A stretch of DNA of 54,405 bases, the filler included, from Streblomastix strix (lineage: Eukaryota): assembly GCA_008636045.1 (NCBI GenBank). It is 3 parts of 3 records of this genome, joined end to end, with 100 filler letters (N's around TTAATTAATTAA, not from the genome) between each part and the next. Parts side by side here need not be neighbours in the genome. Positions count along the whole stretch, not along the records: positions 1 to 18,075 come from SNRW01000643.1; 2 more parts are not named here. One strand, given 5' to 3'. Under the pieces are notes generated by a model that worked only from the letters and a program-made list of their open reading frames with translations, was not told where the DNA came from and ran no database searches. The translations under genes and the position numbers were made by a program. Numbering within the stretch: position 1 is the first letter of the stretch; every line of letters starts with the position of its first letter. This document shows positions 1 through 12,764 of the stretch, piece by piece.

Positions 1-1307
1 TGAGAATTTTCTAATGATGGTTTATAATATTGATAGCTAAAGTCGTTTCTGATTCCTTTTTTGGAATAAGTTGATTAAGTTGTTTACCAGATATTTCCAA
101 AGTCTGCAGCTATCTTATATATTTTATTTTTATGTAATTCATGTACTTAAGCTAGTTTATCATCGAATTATTAAAGATGGGTAAATTTATTAAAGTAATA
201 TGTATGATAAGGTTCTTTATTTTAATTATTATTAGCCCAAGCAGATTTCTCAGATAATCCATTAAGATCAACATCATTCTATTCACGATATCGCTTTCTT
301 GTTTCAATTAGTGTTTCATTAAATTTCTTCTAATCATCAGATTAAAAGTACATAAATGCCTAGAGCTAATCTTCAACATTGGTGATAAATTCGTTAGTGA
401 ATTTGAGACCAGGTTCTTGTAATTATTTATTTTTATAAAATCCGAGTAATCATTCAGTTAATTTTGCTTATCTTATTGTGTATTCATCTTCAGTTAGTTT
501 ATTTTTATTTAAATCTGATAATCTATCTTCTCTAACTCGTTTCACTTACTTAAATGTATTGCTTAGATCTTTAACGAAGTGACTTATTATTTTTCTTTCT
601 TTATGTCGTTAATATTATCGTTAAATCTTCTTAGCTGCATGATCTAGTTATATCTAGTCTAAGTTATGTACAAGCATTGCTCTTGTATTGATTAATTGTT
701 TCTAACTAATCGGCTTCAAATCATTGTTTCTTTATTATTTTATTTCATTAATTTATTACACTTATTTATCCTTTAACTCTTATAGTTATCTCTTAACTTC
801 ATTGATTTGTTGACGATTTTTCATTGACTTCCTGACTAGATCGAAAGCCTTAATCTCATTCAGTTAGTCACTATCATTAGCTAATTGATTAGTCTATTCT
901 TATAACTTCGCCACTTACTATCTTAGTTCAATTTACATATTAATTCCATTTAATTTCTCTGCGGCTAGTTTCAATTCTTATTTAGCTTTTATTCTTTATT
1001 GCTATAATTAAATTAACTCTTATTCATCATCTTATTCATCAACCTATTCATTATTTTTTTCATTATTTGTGTCATTATTTCCGTCGTTATTTTCTGTAAC
1101 ATTAATTGCTGGCTTTGCTTGAACTTTGTTGTGAACAAACTCTCTTATCTTAGTAACAATACTCTTTGGTCCATTATATCCTTATGCTTTGATTGTTTAC
1201 ATCAATAATTATTCAAATACTGGTTTGGTTGATTTAGGATCATATTGAGCTTCAAGTTGATTGAGCATATCACGGACTTCGGAAATTAGAAAATATTTTC
1301 TAGCCAT
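1..1307 (-). pseudogene. Hypothetical coiled-coil protein of endogenous viral element (MARKYFLISEVRDMLNQLE...), degraded and truncated at window edge
   Basis: Long intronless frame when TAR=Gln; at least one in-frame TGA (~450); adjacent to the PolB cluster. Confidence 0.5.
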
Positions 1308-1389
1308 TTTTGTATCTGAAAAAAAGTTGAGAAAGACGATTAAAAGTTGATTATGATGATTAAAATTAGAATTTTTACAGCTTCGAAAT

Positions 1390-2301
1390 ATGTCACAAGC
1401 AAATCAATACTTATTAATAATATTATAGAATTTATCAAAATTAACATCACCTGAAGAAATTAGACTGTTCATGTTAGACAATCCTGCACTAGATTAAATT
1501 AAATCATTCATCATTAATAAATATATACATATTCCAACTCATCGTATTGATCGTCGACGTGATAGATTATATTTAGACGCATTACCCAAGAATAGACAAA
1601 AATATACTTAAAATATAAAAGAAACATTAATAGATCCAGCAAATTCATTAACTGATCAAGTAAATCAATTAGTGAAGTCCTCAATTTCAAGATAGATTTA
1701 ACCGATAATTCAGAATGTTAATGGTTTGGTTTAGCTAGATGAATAAACAAGTGAATAATCAAGTGAATAAAGTGATAAAAATACTATTAAATTATCTGTG
1801 AATAAATTCTTGATTAATCATTATTCGTAATAAGATAATAAAAATAATCAATCTACATAGGGTGTATAAACTGGTAATATTATTCAGGGATTATTTGAAA
1901 GTGAAATAGGTTAAAAATTAGAAGCTATATGTGATGCACTATGTGAATACAATGAAATTGAGTCAGGTATTGATCTCAATAAATGCTAGGAACATGGTGA
2001 AGATTATTAAATGAATGTACTAATGGATGAATAGAAATAGATAAATAATGTTATTAAATTAATTGATTCAAGTTTACTTGGAAATTATATTCGGAATATC
2101 TATAGTTCGGTTAATGCGATGATATAAAATTAAACAATTCAAAATAGTAAACCTAAGATGTCAGATCATGAAAAATTTTTGAAATAACTTAGAAAATAAA
2201 ATGAAAAACCTTAAAAATCACCAGATGAAATTATGTAGCACTTATTTGGAGTTAATTATCGAAAAGTTAATCAATAATCACATTTTCAACGATCTGATTG
2301 A
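1390..2301 (+). CDS. Hypothetical ~303 aa protein of endogenous viral element (MSQANQYLLII...HFQRSD*)
   Basis: ATG and TGA in the same frame with TAR=Gln; intronless; followed by TTATTTTT; directly upstream of PolB. Confidence 0.55.
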
Positions 2302-2362
2302 TTTAATTATTTTTAGAATTGAAGCGCTTTTGGCATTTATTTCTTAGTAATTTATTAGTATC

Positions 2363-5300
2363 ATGCGTGTAAATAATGATAAAAATTTATTAGAATCGTT
2401 GATATTAAGCGTTAATTTTCGACAATTTTCCATTTTCCAATAATTATATAGATTCCCAGTATTCTGAACAAATTGTATAAATTATTCAAAATATTGATTA
2501 GAATCGTTAGTATTAGGCGATATTTATCCAGAATGACCATTTTGGCTAGAATCGTGGAGAATTGGGTCCAAAACATCGTGAAGAAGCTAAGATACTGGAA
2601 AGCAGTTATCGTATAGTAGTTACGTTCTATATTAATACCATCAGTCCAACAAATACGTATTACAAAAATGATTTGAAAACGATAGGAGATGTTGATACTT
2701 ATTTAAATGAAATATATTTGTGTGAATTAAAATTTGCATTCAAAATTGCATTTGACTTAGGAATGTTTATTGAACGAGTTGATAGTTAAGAAAATGATTA
2801 ATAAGTAATGTATAAAATCAATCGTCCTCTTGGAGCTAGAACAGAGATGAAAGAACCGACAACCATACGCACAAATTTAGACTTAGCGGATTATAAAAGA
2901 TTCATTAGATACCATATAATTTAAATGTAAGAGAGAATAATAATGGATACCAAAGAAAAAATAGTAGGTATATTTTCAATAATGATTCAAATATTTAGAT
3001 TACCTCACGCTGGAGCTCGTAATCGAACAATGCCTTCATTAAAGAAGCATATTATGAAGCATGAAATAAGATATATTGACCATGAGAAAAATAAGTAAAA
3101 TTGATTTTTTTTGCTTATTCATTTATTTCGATGCCAAATATTGAGGCAAACGGTTCAGTGGTTGCAAAGTGTTATCAGTAACATTCACATATTGCAGCAG
3201 CAAAACGATTATTTTAAAGAATCTATGGAAATAAAATTGATGATAATTATTAGGGATTTAATTTTTCAACAGAAACAGACTAGTTTATTTAGTATGAAAA
3301 TTTAAATATAAATGTGTTCGCTTATGAAAAGACAATGGCAACCTCAACAGCAACACCAGCTAATTAAGGTAGTTCTTCGGGTAGTTATTATCTATGGAAA
3401 TAATATGGAAGAAATTATATAATGAAAAAACTAAAGAATTTAATATTCTTATAATAACAGACTCAATCACCGAATAATAAACGGCTCAAATTTTTTATAT
3501 TTATGATGCTGAGATATTAACTGGTTTAAAATATTGTCATATTTGTGATGTGCAGGCTTATAAGATTAGAGATTCAAATTTATAATCTATTTTAAAAAAG
3601 CAAAAATAATAATGTTAAAATAATGTGAGAAAAATAGTAAAAAAAGTATTTTTTGAAAGATTTCCAAGGCAATATGTTCCTCACATATTGAATAATGTTA
3701 GCTATATGAATCAACCGACATATGGTCAAGAGGATGAATTTAAACCTACAAAATATTATATATCATATGATATTGAAACCATTGAAAGAATCGTAAATGA
3801 AAAATTCGGTGATAGTTCAAAATAAATTTCAATACTTGAATTTATTTAGATGGCAAGTTCAATAAAAATAAAAAATAATTAAAATGATGGCTCTAATAAC
3901 GGATCAGCTGATTATATTTATTCCATTTATTTTAACATAAGTACCCCAAATTTTATTAATACGTGGATTAAATAGTTGTTTATGGAAACCAGAAAAGTTA
4001 TTGATTTAAATAAATATGAGGATGAGACGATACCATAGCATTACGAGGAACCAGTTATTGGCTTCAACTCTTCAAAATTTGAAGTTACTTTGATTCATAA
4101 AAAAATTTATAAAACGATGAATGGTAAATAATTAAATATCTTGGAACTGATTCAAACGCTAAATAAATCATTATTAAACATAATATTTCTGGAATCAAGT
4201 TGCGGTTCATCGATGCGATGATTTATTGTACAAAAATGAAATTATGAAAATTCATAAAAGATTTCACGCAAAAAGCTGATGAATTGAACTAAGATGCGAC
4301 AACTTCAGCCAAATTAAAGTTTCCATATGAATTAATCAACTACGACAACTATAATGAAATAATAAATAATCTTTAGCCATTTCCGATTAATGTGTTTAGA
4401 AATTTAATTAAAAATAAAAATATGTATGAAAGGAAATATTAAAATTATTTAACAATGTATAATTCATTGTAGAACATTAATGGTATCACTAGATGCCATT
4501 ACCTTCGATACTAAAACATTGAAGATACTCGCTTAACGATTCAGCCTTTGGATTACTTAATTGATATGTTCTTTTTTTAAAAAAATTGATATTTTGCTGT
4601 TTATGTCAATATTTGCATGCTCTAATGCTATCAAATATGCTGTTGTTTATATTGACTTCAAATTGGATAAAGATTTTATTCCAACAGACAATTATGCATC
4701 ATTCATACTTACATATAATTATTGGAAAATTAAAGTTTAATATTATATGGAATAAAATAAAAAAAAGAAATAAAGACACAAACAACAATATCAAAGAATC
4801 TGATTGTGTGTTCTAAAGAAAATTATTTCCATCGACAGGATGCCATATATGTAAAGCTCGAATAACAAGTAAAATTCTGCCAACATTAATTAGAATCAAC
4901 AACGACAAGGGTCAATCTGCAGATAATGTCAAACTGTGCAGCTAATTCCGTAAAAAATTAAAGTTGAATAAAAATGGAAATTTAACAAGATTAATAATTC
5001 TAATAATGAACTTTTGTCTGTTGAAGTCGCTTCCAAAGACAACAACTGATGAAGAAATTTATCAAATTTTACGTTTTGGAATCACAGATGGATTATCGTA
5101 AGTCATGCATCGTTACAATGTTGCAGGTGAAGCAAAAATAAATTATTTAAGATATATCAACAGAAAGGTCATCAGCTAAGACAAAGACTACAAAATGACT
5201 CATTTTTCATCACTTGATTTCAATTGTTAATATCCCAGCGTTATGAGCTCAGAGCCGCATAAGTTCATTAAATATTCAGGCGGCCGTATGTTCATGGCGG

Positions 5301-6290
5301 GGCAAATATTGGATAAAATTACTGATAAATAAACAGCAAGAAATTTAATTTATAATTCCCTTCTATTTAACGATGTTAAAGGAACGCCGTTATTTATCGT
5401 TGTTGTTAAAAGATATATAGATGAATAACATATTAATGATTTCATTAATTTTCTTCCTTTATTAAGAAACATAAATATTAAGACTGATTAAAAAATGTTA
5501 GGGTCTTACATGTATAATCTGCTGCTGAAAAATAACATGTAGCACGATAAAATTGAACGAAAATTAACAAATTTATCATCGACGCATGGATAGTTCATGT
5601 CGTTCAATAATTATTATTTATGGCTTCTCATTGATGATTTTCATTTCATTATTGACGATATTTAGTGTGTTATAACATTCTCGAAGCATGACATATTCAA
5701 TTCGTTTGTTAAGGAATTCATGAGTTAAAGAATTAAAGCAATAAATGAAAGGAATAATGGAAAATAACAATTCTATAAATTAGCTATGAACTCATGCTAT
5801 GGAAATGATGAGATGAATTATGAAAAATATTCGCAAACAAAATTACTGAGCTCTGATAGAACATGGTTGTCTCATCTCTAAGGACCATTCGTTAATGATT
5901 AACAATTTATAGAAGAATTATTTGCTGAATAATTTAATGCTGAGAGCTGCAACTGCAGCTCATGCTTCCATTCTGAACATTTCGTGTTAGATAATAGCAA
6001 ATATTGGCATATAAATATTATCTGTAATTTTATGGCTAGAATTTTCGATATGAACTTAATGCATTATATTTGTGGTGATACCGATTCAACGACATGGGCA
6101 ATCAGCGGGAGCCCAAAAGAGGATTACAGACAGAAGTTTAAATAAATCATAAAAGATTAGAAAATTTTCGATGAAAATTATCCCTTTTCTTCGGATAATA
6201 TAAACAATTATTAAGAGTCAGTTATGAGGCTGATGGAATAGCTTGCATTGCTCTAGCCCCAAAAATTCATTACATTTATAAACATATATT
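2363..6290 (+). pseudogene. Protein-primed family B DNA polymerase (Polinton/PLV type), frameshifted and C-terminally truncated
   Basis: ExoI SYDIET (~3765), ExoII GFNSSKF (~4060), motif A LDFNCQYPSVMSS (~5215), motif B KLAMNSCYG (~5780), motif C ICGDTDS (~6070), IALAPKIHY (~6250); several frameshifts and stops. Confidence 0.9.
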
Positions 6291-6299
6291 ATATTAATC

Positions 6300-6764
6300 T
6301 CTATGAAGATTGACTTTATCGATATATAGAGTAAGTATATTAACATTATTTATTTTAATATCTCTTAATGTTCTAGTGCCATCTTGCATAAATTTGCCTC
6401 AACATCCTTCATCTTCTGTATTAAGTAAAATTTTGTTTTCCACTATTTCAAATGTATGTGCAATAACTCTAATTAATTAATGTTCAGACAATATGAAATG
6501 GGCTGATTCTTTAATCATATGTTCATCTTCACTAATTATATCAGGTAGCCATCGACATACTGATGGATCAGGTATTATTATTTCTTCAAATATTGATGAT
6601 ATTCTTCTTGAACGAATAGATTAAACAGACACTTTATCTTATTCCTTTTCGAATGGTGAATCAAATTCAACTATTGCTGGAATTGTCGTTACGGACTAAC
6701 GAGGAGACATTTATTCTCTTTAACTTATTTTTTCAGATGGTGATACTGATCTTTTCTATGACAT
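6300..6764 (-). pseudogene. Hypothetical viral protein (MSQKRSVSPSEKIS...) with internal TGA
   Basis: Open frame under TAR=Gln, converging on the truncated PolB end. Confidence 0.45.
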
Positions 6765-6796
6765 TTATTCTTTCTAAAAATAACTAATTGATAATC

Positions 6797-7749
6797 ATGA
6801 ATAAAATGATAAGTTTATTGGAGTCTTTTCCTCTTCCTTAGTTAGCGTATTATATGCACTTACAGCAATAAGAAACAATCCAATGTTTGCAATAGTGATG
6901 AACACTAATGAAGTTCCAACAATTATATTGAATAGCATTTCATTTATTATTAAAAATATGCCAAAATAAACTATAAAAATTAACGAATTACCAATAACGT
7001 TCAATGAAGATGGATATGATTAAATAGGTAAGGTAATGGCTTTGATTGATGCAGATAGATTAATGTATAAGAATATTATGGATTCTAATTGTATTGTACA
7101 GGATATATTACCAAAAATTAATACTAATGATGCAATTGAATACCTTAAGAATAAAAAGGTGCCATAGATCGATGAACTATACTAAGCACTATTCAAAAGA
7201 GAGACATTTAGACGTTGTAGTGTATATGTTAGTGATAAGAATAATACAAAAATAATCTCTGCAGCTAACATTAGAATCCAACATGAAAATATCGTTCCAA
7301 ATGTGCTTTAATAGTTAGTGAACTTCGCTTATGAATGTGATTAATCAAATAAGATTATGGTTATGTTTACATGCTATCTGATATACGAACGCAATCATCC
7401 CCATGAAGATAGAAATGGAAGAATGGGACCATTATTGTTTCAAGAAAATATATATAAATTCGCTGAATCATTTGTTCCTCTATCGACTGCATTAAGATAT
7501 AATAAGAAAATATAACATTTAATGAATGAAATATTCAAGAGCATCAGTTTTGGAGAAATAATGAAGAAACAATAGATCAAGAGTGGTGATGCAGCTATCT
7601 ACAGAATAGAGATACGGGAGATAGATTTGAATAAATTTTATGAGATTATTAATGACAATTAACGAACAAAGCAAAAATATTACACATTAGATTTAGAAGA
7701 TAATATCTATAAACTAATTATAAGATTATTGAATATGATTAGGGTGTGA
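6797..7749 (+). CDS. Fic/Doc-domain protein, degenerate motif; start likely frameshifted (first in-frame ATG 6883)
   Basis: YERNHPHEDRNGRMGPLLF at ~7385-7440 resembles Fic consensus HPFxDGNGRxxR; homologous to 44926-45660. Confidence 0.8.
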
Positions 7750-8255
7750 TTTATTTGTGAGCATGTGAAGCCGAACGCATTGCCGCAGAGTAACGATCCC
7801 ATGCACAATAAAAATATAGAACTCAGCGATAGGAATTCCGTGCATCTGTTAACGATTTGTAACTCCTCTTGATTCGACGTCTTCAGAAAACTATCATAAC
7901 TAACGTACAGGATTTACTTTAAATTAATGATAAAATTGATCGTTATAACTAGCCAAATAATCAATGAGTTTGATTTATTTTTATTGTTTAATAAATGTAA
8001 CTCGACGGAAAGACTTTGATTAAAAAATAAAGAGAGAAAGGATATAAAACTAGTGCATTCATATAAACTGTAATGGATTAATGTGACGGTAAGATGTAAT
8101 AGCAATAGGCAAAAAAAATAAAGATATTACATTAATGAATCAAGATAATTGGACAAATAAGGTAAATTAAAATGGATTAGTTCAATAGATCAATGAAATT
8201 ATTTTTGTCCATTAACTTTTCCCATTAATGAGTAGTAATAATAATTATAAAAGTT

Positions 8256-8414
8256 TATGGCAGGGGTCCTATTTGAAATTGATCCATTTGTTCCACATAC
8301 TAGTGTGTATGTGCTAGAATCATAGATAATATTATATAAATCTCTAGATGGAATGTGGAACGGAACGGAACAGAAATTTTTGAGTTTGTGAAAAAGTGCT
8401 GCTATATGCCATAA
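8256..8414 (-). repeat. Inverted, diverged copy of ~165 bp iteron repeat A
   Basis: Reverse complement contains TTATGGCATATAGCAG, AAAATTTCTGTTCCGTTCC, CTAGCACATACA, GTGGAACAAAT, CTGCCATA as in the copies at 8638 and 11681. Confidence 0.8.
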
Positions 8415-8637
8415 TTTGATAATCTTTCATTTTGAATCCTAATTTGAATAGCTAGTGAACTTTAAACCTAAATTATACTGCCATAATAATTCATTTATGG
8501 CAGCCATCTAAATGTTCAGCTTTCAAAATTGTTCCACCTTCATTTTTACAAATATATTGAAGGATTTTTAATTATCATAGAATCATTCATTTCCAAAAAT
8601 AATGGTCACGTCTCCAATACATCACATAAATAATTTC

Positions 8638-8805
8638 ATTTATGGCATATGGCAGATGGCAGACAAAAATTGCTGGCGTCTCTAGGATTTGTTCCGTTCC
8701 GTTCCTTGTTCCACCTAGACAAATCACTTCATTTACCCACTCCACTAAGACACACACACTAATGGTGGAACAAATCCGTGTTCCATTTTCAAAATGCCTG
8801 CCATA
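8638..8805 (+). repeat. ~165 bp iteron repeat A (ATGGCAN x3, GTTCC x4)
   Basis: Direct repeat of 11681-11846; shares CCTTGTTCCACCTAGACAAATCACTTCATT and CTAATGGTGGAACAAATCCGTGTT. Confidence 0.9.
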
Positions 8806-11629
8806 AAAGTTTGGACAAAAATAAATTCATTTCATTCTTCTTTACCTCCTATACTACCTTTTCAATGAATTCATTATCTTCAATTATTTTCATATATTTT
8901 TAGTAATTCACATTAGATGTTTCGATATCCTCTTCACTCATCATTTTATCATAATATCTCAATTAATCTTTATTTAATTTATATATTCTAGTTCTTAATC
9001 CATTAATTCTTGGTGTTTATTCTGTAAATTTATGAATCATCGCATTCTTAAAAGTTTTCAATTATCAATTCTACGGTTTGTATTAATTTACAAGAGATAT
9101 CGGAATACCTTATTTGAACCGTTCGTAATGTTCCATAATAACATCATCTATTGGAGATCGACTAACATTTATCAGTCATTTCTTTGCTTCAGTCATTGGA
9201 ATTAATGTTGGATTGAACTATGAAATATCTCTTTCAAGTAGGAATGTCACTAAATTTTCATAAATCTCTTAAATATAGCTCTAGCTTAATTCATTAAAAT
9301 ATTCAACATCTTCCTTATATTTTTCACTCACTTAATGAACAATCTTGCAAGCGCATACTAAATGACGTCTTTCATCAATGCCCAATTATACAAACATATC
9401 AGCGTTTGTTACATAGATTATATTCAATACATTCTCAGCTGTTCTTCTTAGCTAATTCTTTTCATTAATTCTTATAGTTAGATCAGAAATAATTGATTTC
9501 ATTACTGTTGCAACACCTTTCTTTGAATCATTATAATTCATTATTTCATTCTATACTGCAAACTTTTTATTTTCAAGTACTGAATTGAATTTTCCTGTGA
9601 ATTCATCTATGTTTGTTATATTAGAGCAACTATATCGACTTGTTAGTTCAGCAATCACATCAGTGAATCTATTTTTACCTATTCCTTATCTACCTTGTAA
9701 TACGATTGTTGTTCTAGACTTTTTTCCAGGATTTTGTATCAACCACGCCATCCAATTAAGAATATATTCATAAACTCGTTCATCACCCGCAGCAATAGTT
9801 TCTTTATTCAAATCAAGGTACATTTACAAGCATTCATAATCAATTGTATCTAATTTCTTATATTTATACCATTGGAATACTGTGAGAATCTTTGGATCTT
9901 CACTTATGAATTTACATCCTTTCTTAACAAACTTTTGAAGCATATATTTTAAAGATTTGTTTTACAGTTATTGGTTTTGAGTTATCTTTTTCATCAGTTT
10001 TCTTATTCTTGAAATTTTTATTAATTTTCTCTAATTATTTATAGACAGTTCCTTCTAATTTATGATATAAAACTTATGTATCGCAAATAGCATCATATCT
10101 TTTAATTGCATATATATCTTCAGTTTCACCTTCATAGTATACTAATAATCTTGTTAAATCCATAACAATTTATTCTTCATTTTCATATTCTCCATTAGCT
10201 GCTTTCTCTTACATGTCAAGTAAAGTGAAATCATCAGTTAATTCAATTTTATTTGGAATCAATGTCAAGTTAATTAATACTTATTTTTCCTTCTTTTTTG
10301 CTTCATAATTCTTTTTCAATAATGGTTTAATTGTCTATTCGTAGTAATCTTTATTATGGTATCTTAAGATTTTTGTAAGGATCCATGGATTTGGTTTGCG
10401 TTCATAATTAGATTAAGCTTATCCATAGTTCTTATCAGCGTTTACAGTTAATTTATTGAATTTACGTATGTTATCTAATCCTTTAGCTCTAATAGATTCA
10501 TTACTTATTTCATATTACCCACAGAATATGCTTAGAAGAGATACTTCCATATTGATTGGTTGTGGATAGTTATATATATCAAGATTCTTCAATCCATCAA
10601 CACACGTTTATGCAAGTTTATCATTCATTTATTCAATTGCACCGTCTTCATTGATTTATACTCCATATATTCTATCGTGTTACTATTATGCGTAATCCTT
10701 ATATGACATCTCAATATCTATATTCCATTTGTAAAATATCTCTCGCAAGCTCGCTAAACGTGATGCATTTCCCCAATCATTAACTGCTTCATATTTGAGT
10801 GTAACTCGTTAGTTATTTTTAGTTTCTCGAATAGCTGTGTTTGAAGCAACTACTCGATTCTGTAGTATCTCATTTGTCTCATATCCATTTTCAATTTTAT
10901 ATTAAATCATTTATGCAAATACATCAATATCAAAACTATCTGTTGTAGCTATTTTTACATTACGATTGGAAGGTAATCTATAATTGTTTCTATTTTAATA
11001 GATATTTAATCCTCTATGAGTAGTCTTAACTAAATCTACATTTAATGGAAGTGAATCAATTAGATTTTATCTTATTTTATCGATTTCTTCAATTGATTTA
11101 TCCTTATGAATATCTATATCAACAACACATAGATTATCTTCATCAACTAATGATAAATCAATTAATTTGCCTGTTATTTATTATTTTTTACTTTCCTATT
11201 AGCTTATTTTTGTATAGTTTACTGTATTAATCATAACATCTTTAACGCGTTCAATTATTGTTTTTGAATCTTATTCTTACATATATGATTTTGCTATCGG
11301 TTGTATCATTTCAAGAAATATATTATCATTTAATTTTTTTTCTAATCTATATGTTAATTTCTAATTTGAAATTCTTGTTTCAAGATCACTTCAGAATTAA
11401 TTAGATCATGAATGAATTCGTCATATTTTTCTTCAATAATATGCTTATTCGTAGGTTCATTTGTCTGTTCATTTGTCTGTTCATTAATCATTTGATCAAT
11501 CATCTCTTTTGCTTTCTCTTCTGCTTTCGATTTGCGAATATATTTACGTTTTGGTCCTTTCTCAAGTGTCTCACATTTCACATTTGTTTGTTGGTTTGAT
11601 TTGCCTTTTGAAAATTCTTCTGTTGCCAT
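8789..11629 (-). pseudogene. Prim-Pol (bifunctional primase-polymerase) + PriCT-like + D5/SF3-like helicase, ~945 codons, with internal TGA stops
   Basis: N-terminal VVDIDIH and VKTTHRGLNIY primase motifs (~11000-11130); Walker A IVLQGRQGIGKNRF (~9665-9710); FAVQNE Walker-B-like; TGA at ~9066 and ~9178. Confidence 0.85.
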
Positions 11630-11680
11630 TTTACTTTCGGATAAAAAGTTCATATAGTTTCTTAAAACAGTTTTTATTTA

Positions 11681-11846
11681 ATTTATGGTATATGGCAGAT
11701 GGCAGACAAATTCGTCGGCAGTTAAAATTTCTGTTCCGTTCCTTACCTTGTTCCACCTAGACAAATCACTTCATTAGCCCACTCCGCTAGCACATACATA
11801 CTAATGGTGGAACAAATCCGTGTTTCATTTATAAAGAGGCTGCCAT
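11681..11846 (+). repeat. ~165 bp iteron repeat A, upstream of the primase-helicase
   Basis: Direct repeat of 8638-8805; inverted relative to 8256-8414. Confidence 0.9.
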
Positions 11847-12442
11847 ATTTCATTTGCAGGGACAATTCACTTCATTTATCCTCACCATTAAATTTTTTCA
11901 TTGTTCCGCTTAATTCGACCGAATCATCAGTCTCATTGCTAACTTTTAACATCATATTTGTGATCAGCATATGAACATTAACTAAGAAATCAATTTTCAA
12001 ATCAATCAGAAAACATTAATTTTTCATTATATATTTTGATTTTTTATTACCTATATATTATTTTTAAAATAATTAAATAGGACATAGAAATCTCTAAAAT
12101 TTTCTCAATTTTTTATATCTCATTCATACTCTTCACTAAGGTCATATCGTATACGGAGAATTCAAAAATGATATTTATTTGTAATTCTGGACCAATTTGT
12201 CACCTTCAATTTCTTCAATTAACCTTAATTTTTATATACATTTTCCATATAAAATATTTCTTATGATTCGTCCATACGATTAATCATTTTTCATTCCCCA
12301 TGTGTAATTGAAAAACCTTGGAGATCCCCCATATTTTCTTACACTGTTTTACTACAAATAAGCAATAAATTTTTAATCTTTAAAAAATTCTCAAAAACAA
12401 AATAACTGTATAAGATTAAATTCATAAATTAATTCCCAAGTA

Positions 12443-12764
12443 TAGTAGGCAAAAGAATCTCACTGCACAATGTAATTTAACTCAAAAAATTAACTTATTG
12501 CATTAGTGATCACCATAAATTATTACCATAAATCCTTCTCATTTTTCATTTTTACCTATTTCACACCCATAAATTATTTTCATAAATCCTATATATAAAT
12601 TATATCAATAATTCATATTCAAAAAATATTTTTATTATTTATTTTTCACTGCTTCTACTGATAAACTATTTTTATTTTTCATTACAATTAATTGTATCCA
12701 CTATTGTTTTTCCGTTATTTTTAAGTTTTAATTCCATAGGGCAGTGAGATTCTTTTGCCTACTA
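12443..12764. mobile_element. MITE-like element with 24 bp perfect terminal inverted repeat
   Basis: TAGTAGGCAAAAGAATCTCACTGC (12443-12466) and its exact reverse complement (12741-12764); AT-rich non-coding interior. Confidence 0.7.

Noticed and set aside
6795..7004. Hydrophobic minus-strand 69-aa ORF
   Set aside because: Antisense to the Fic gene; hydrophobicity reflects T-rich composition.
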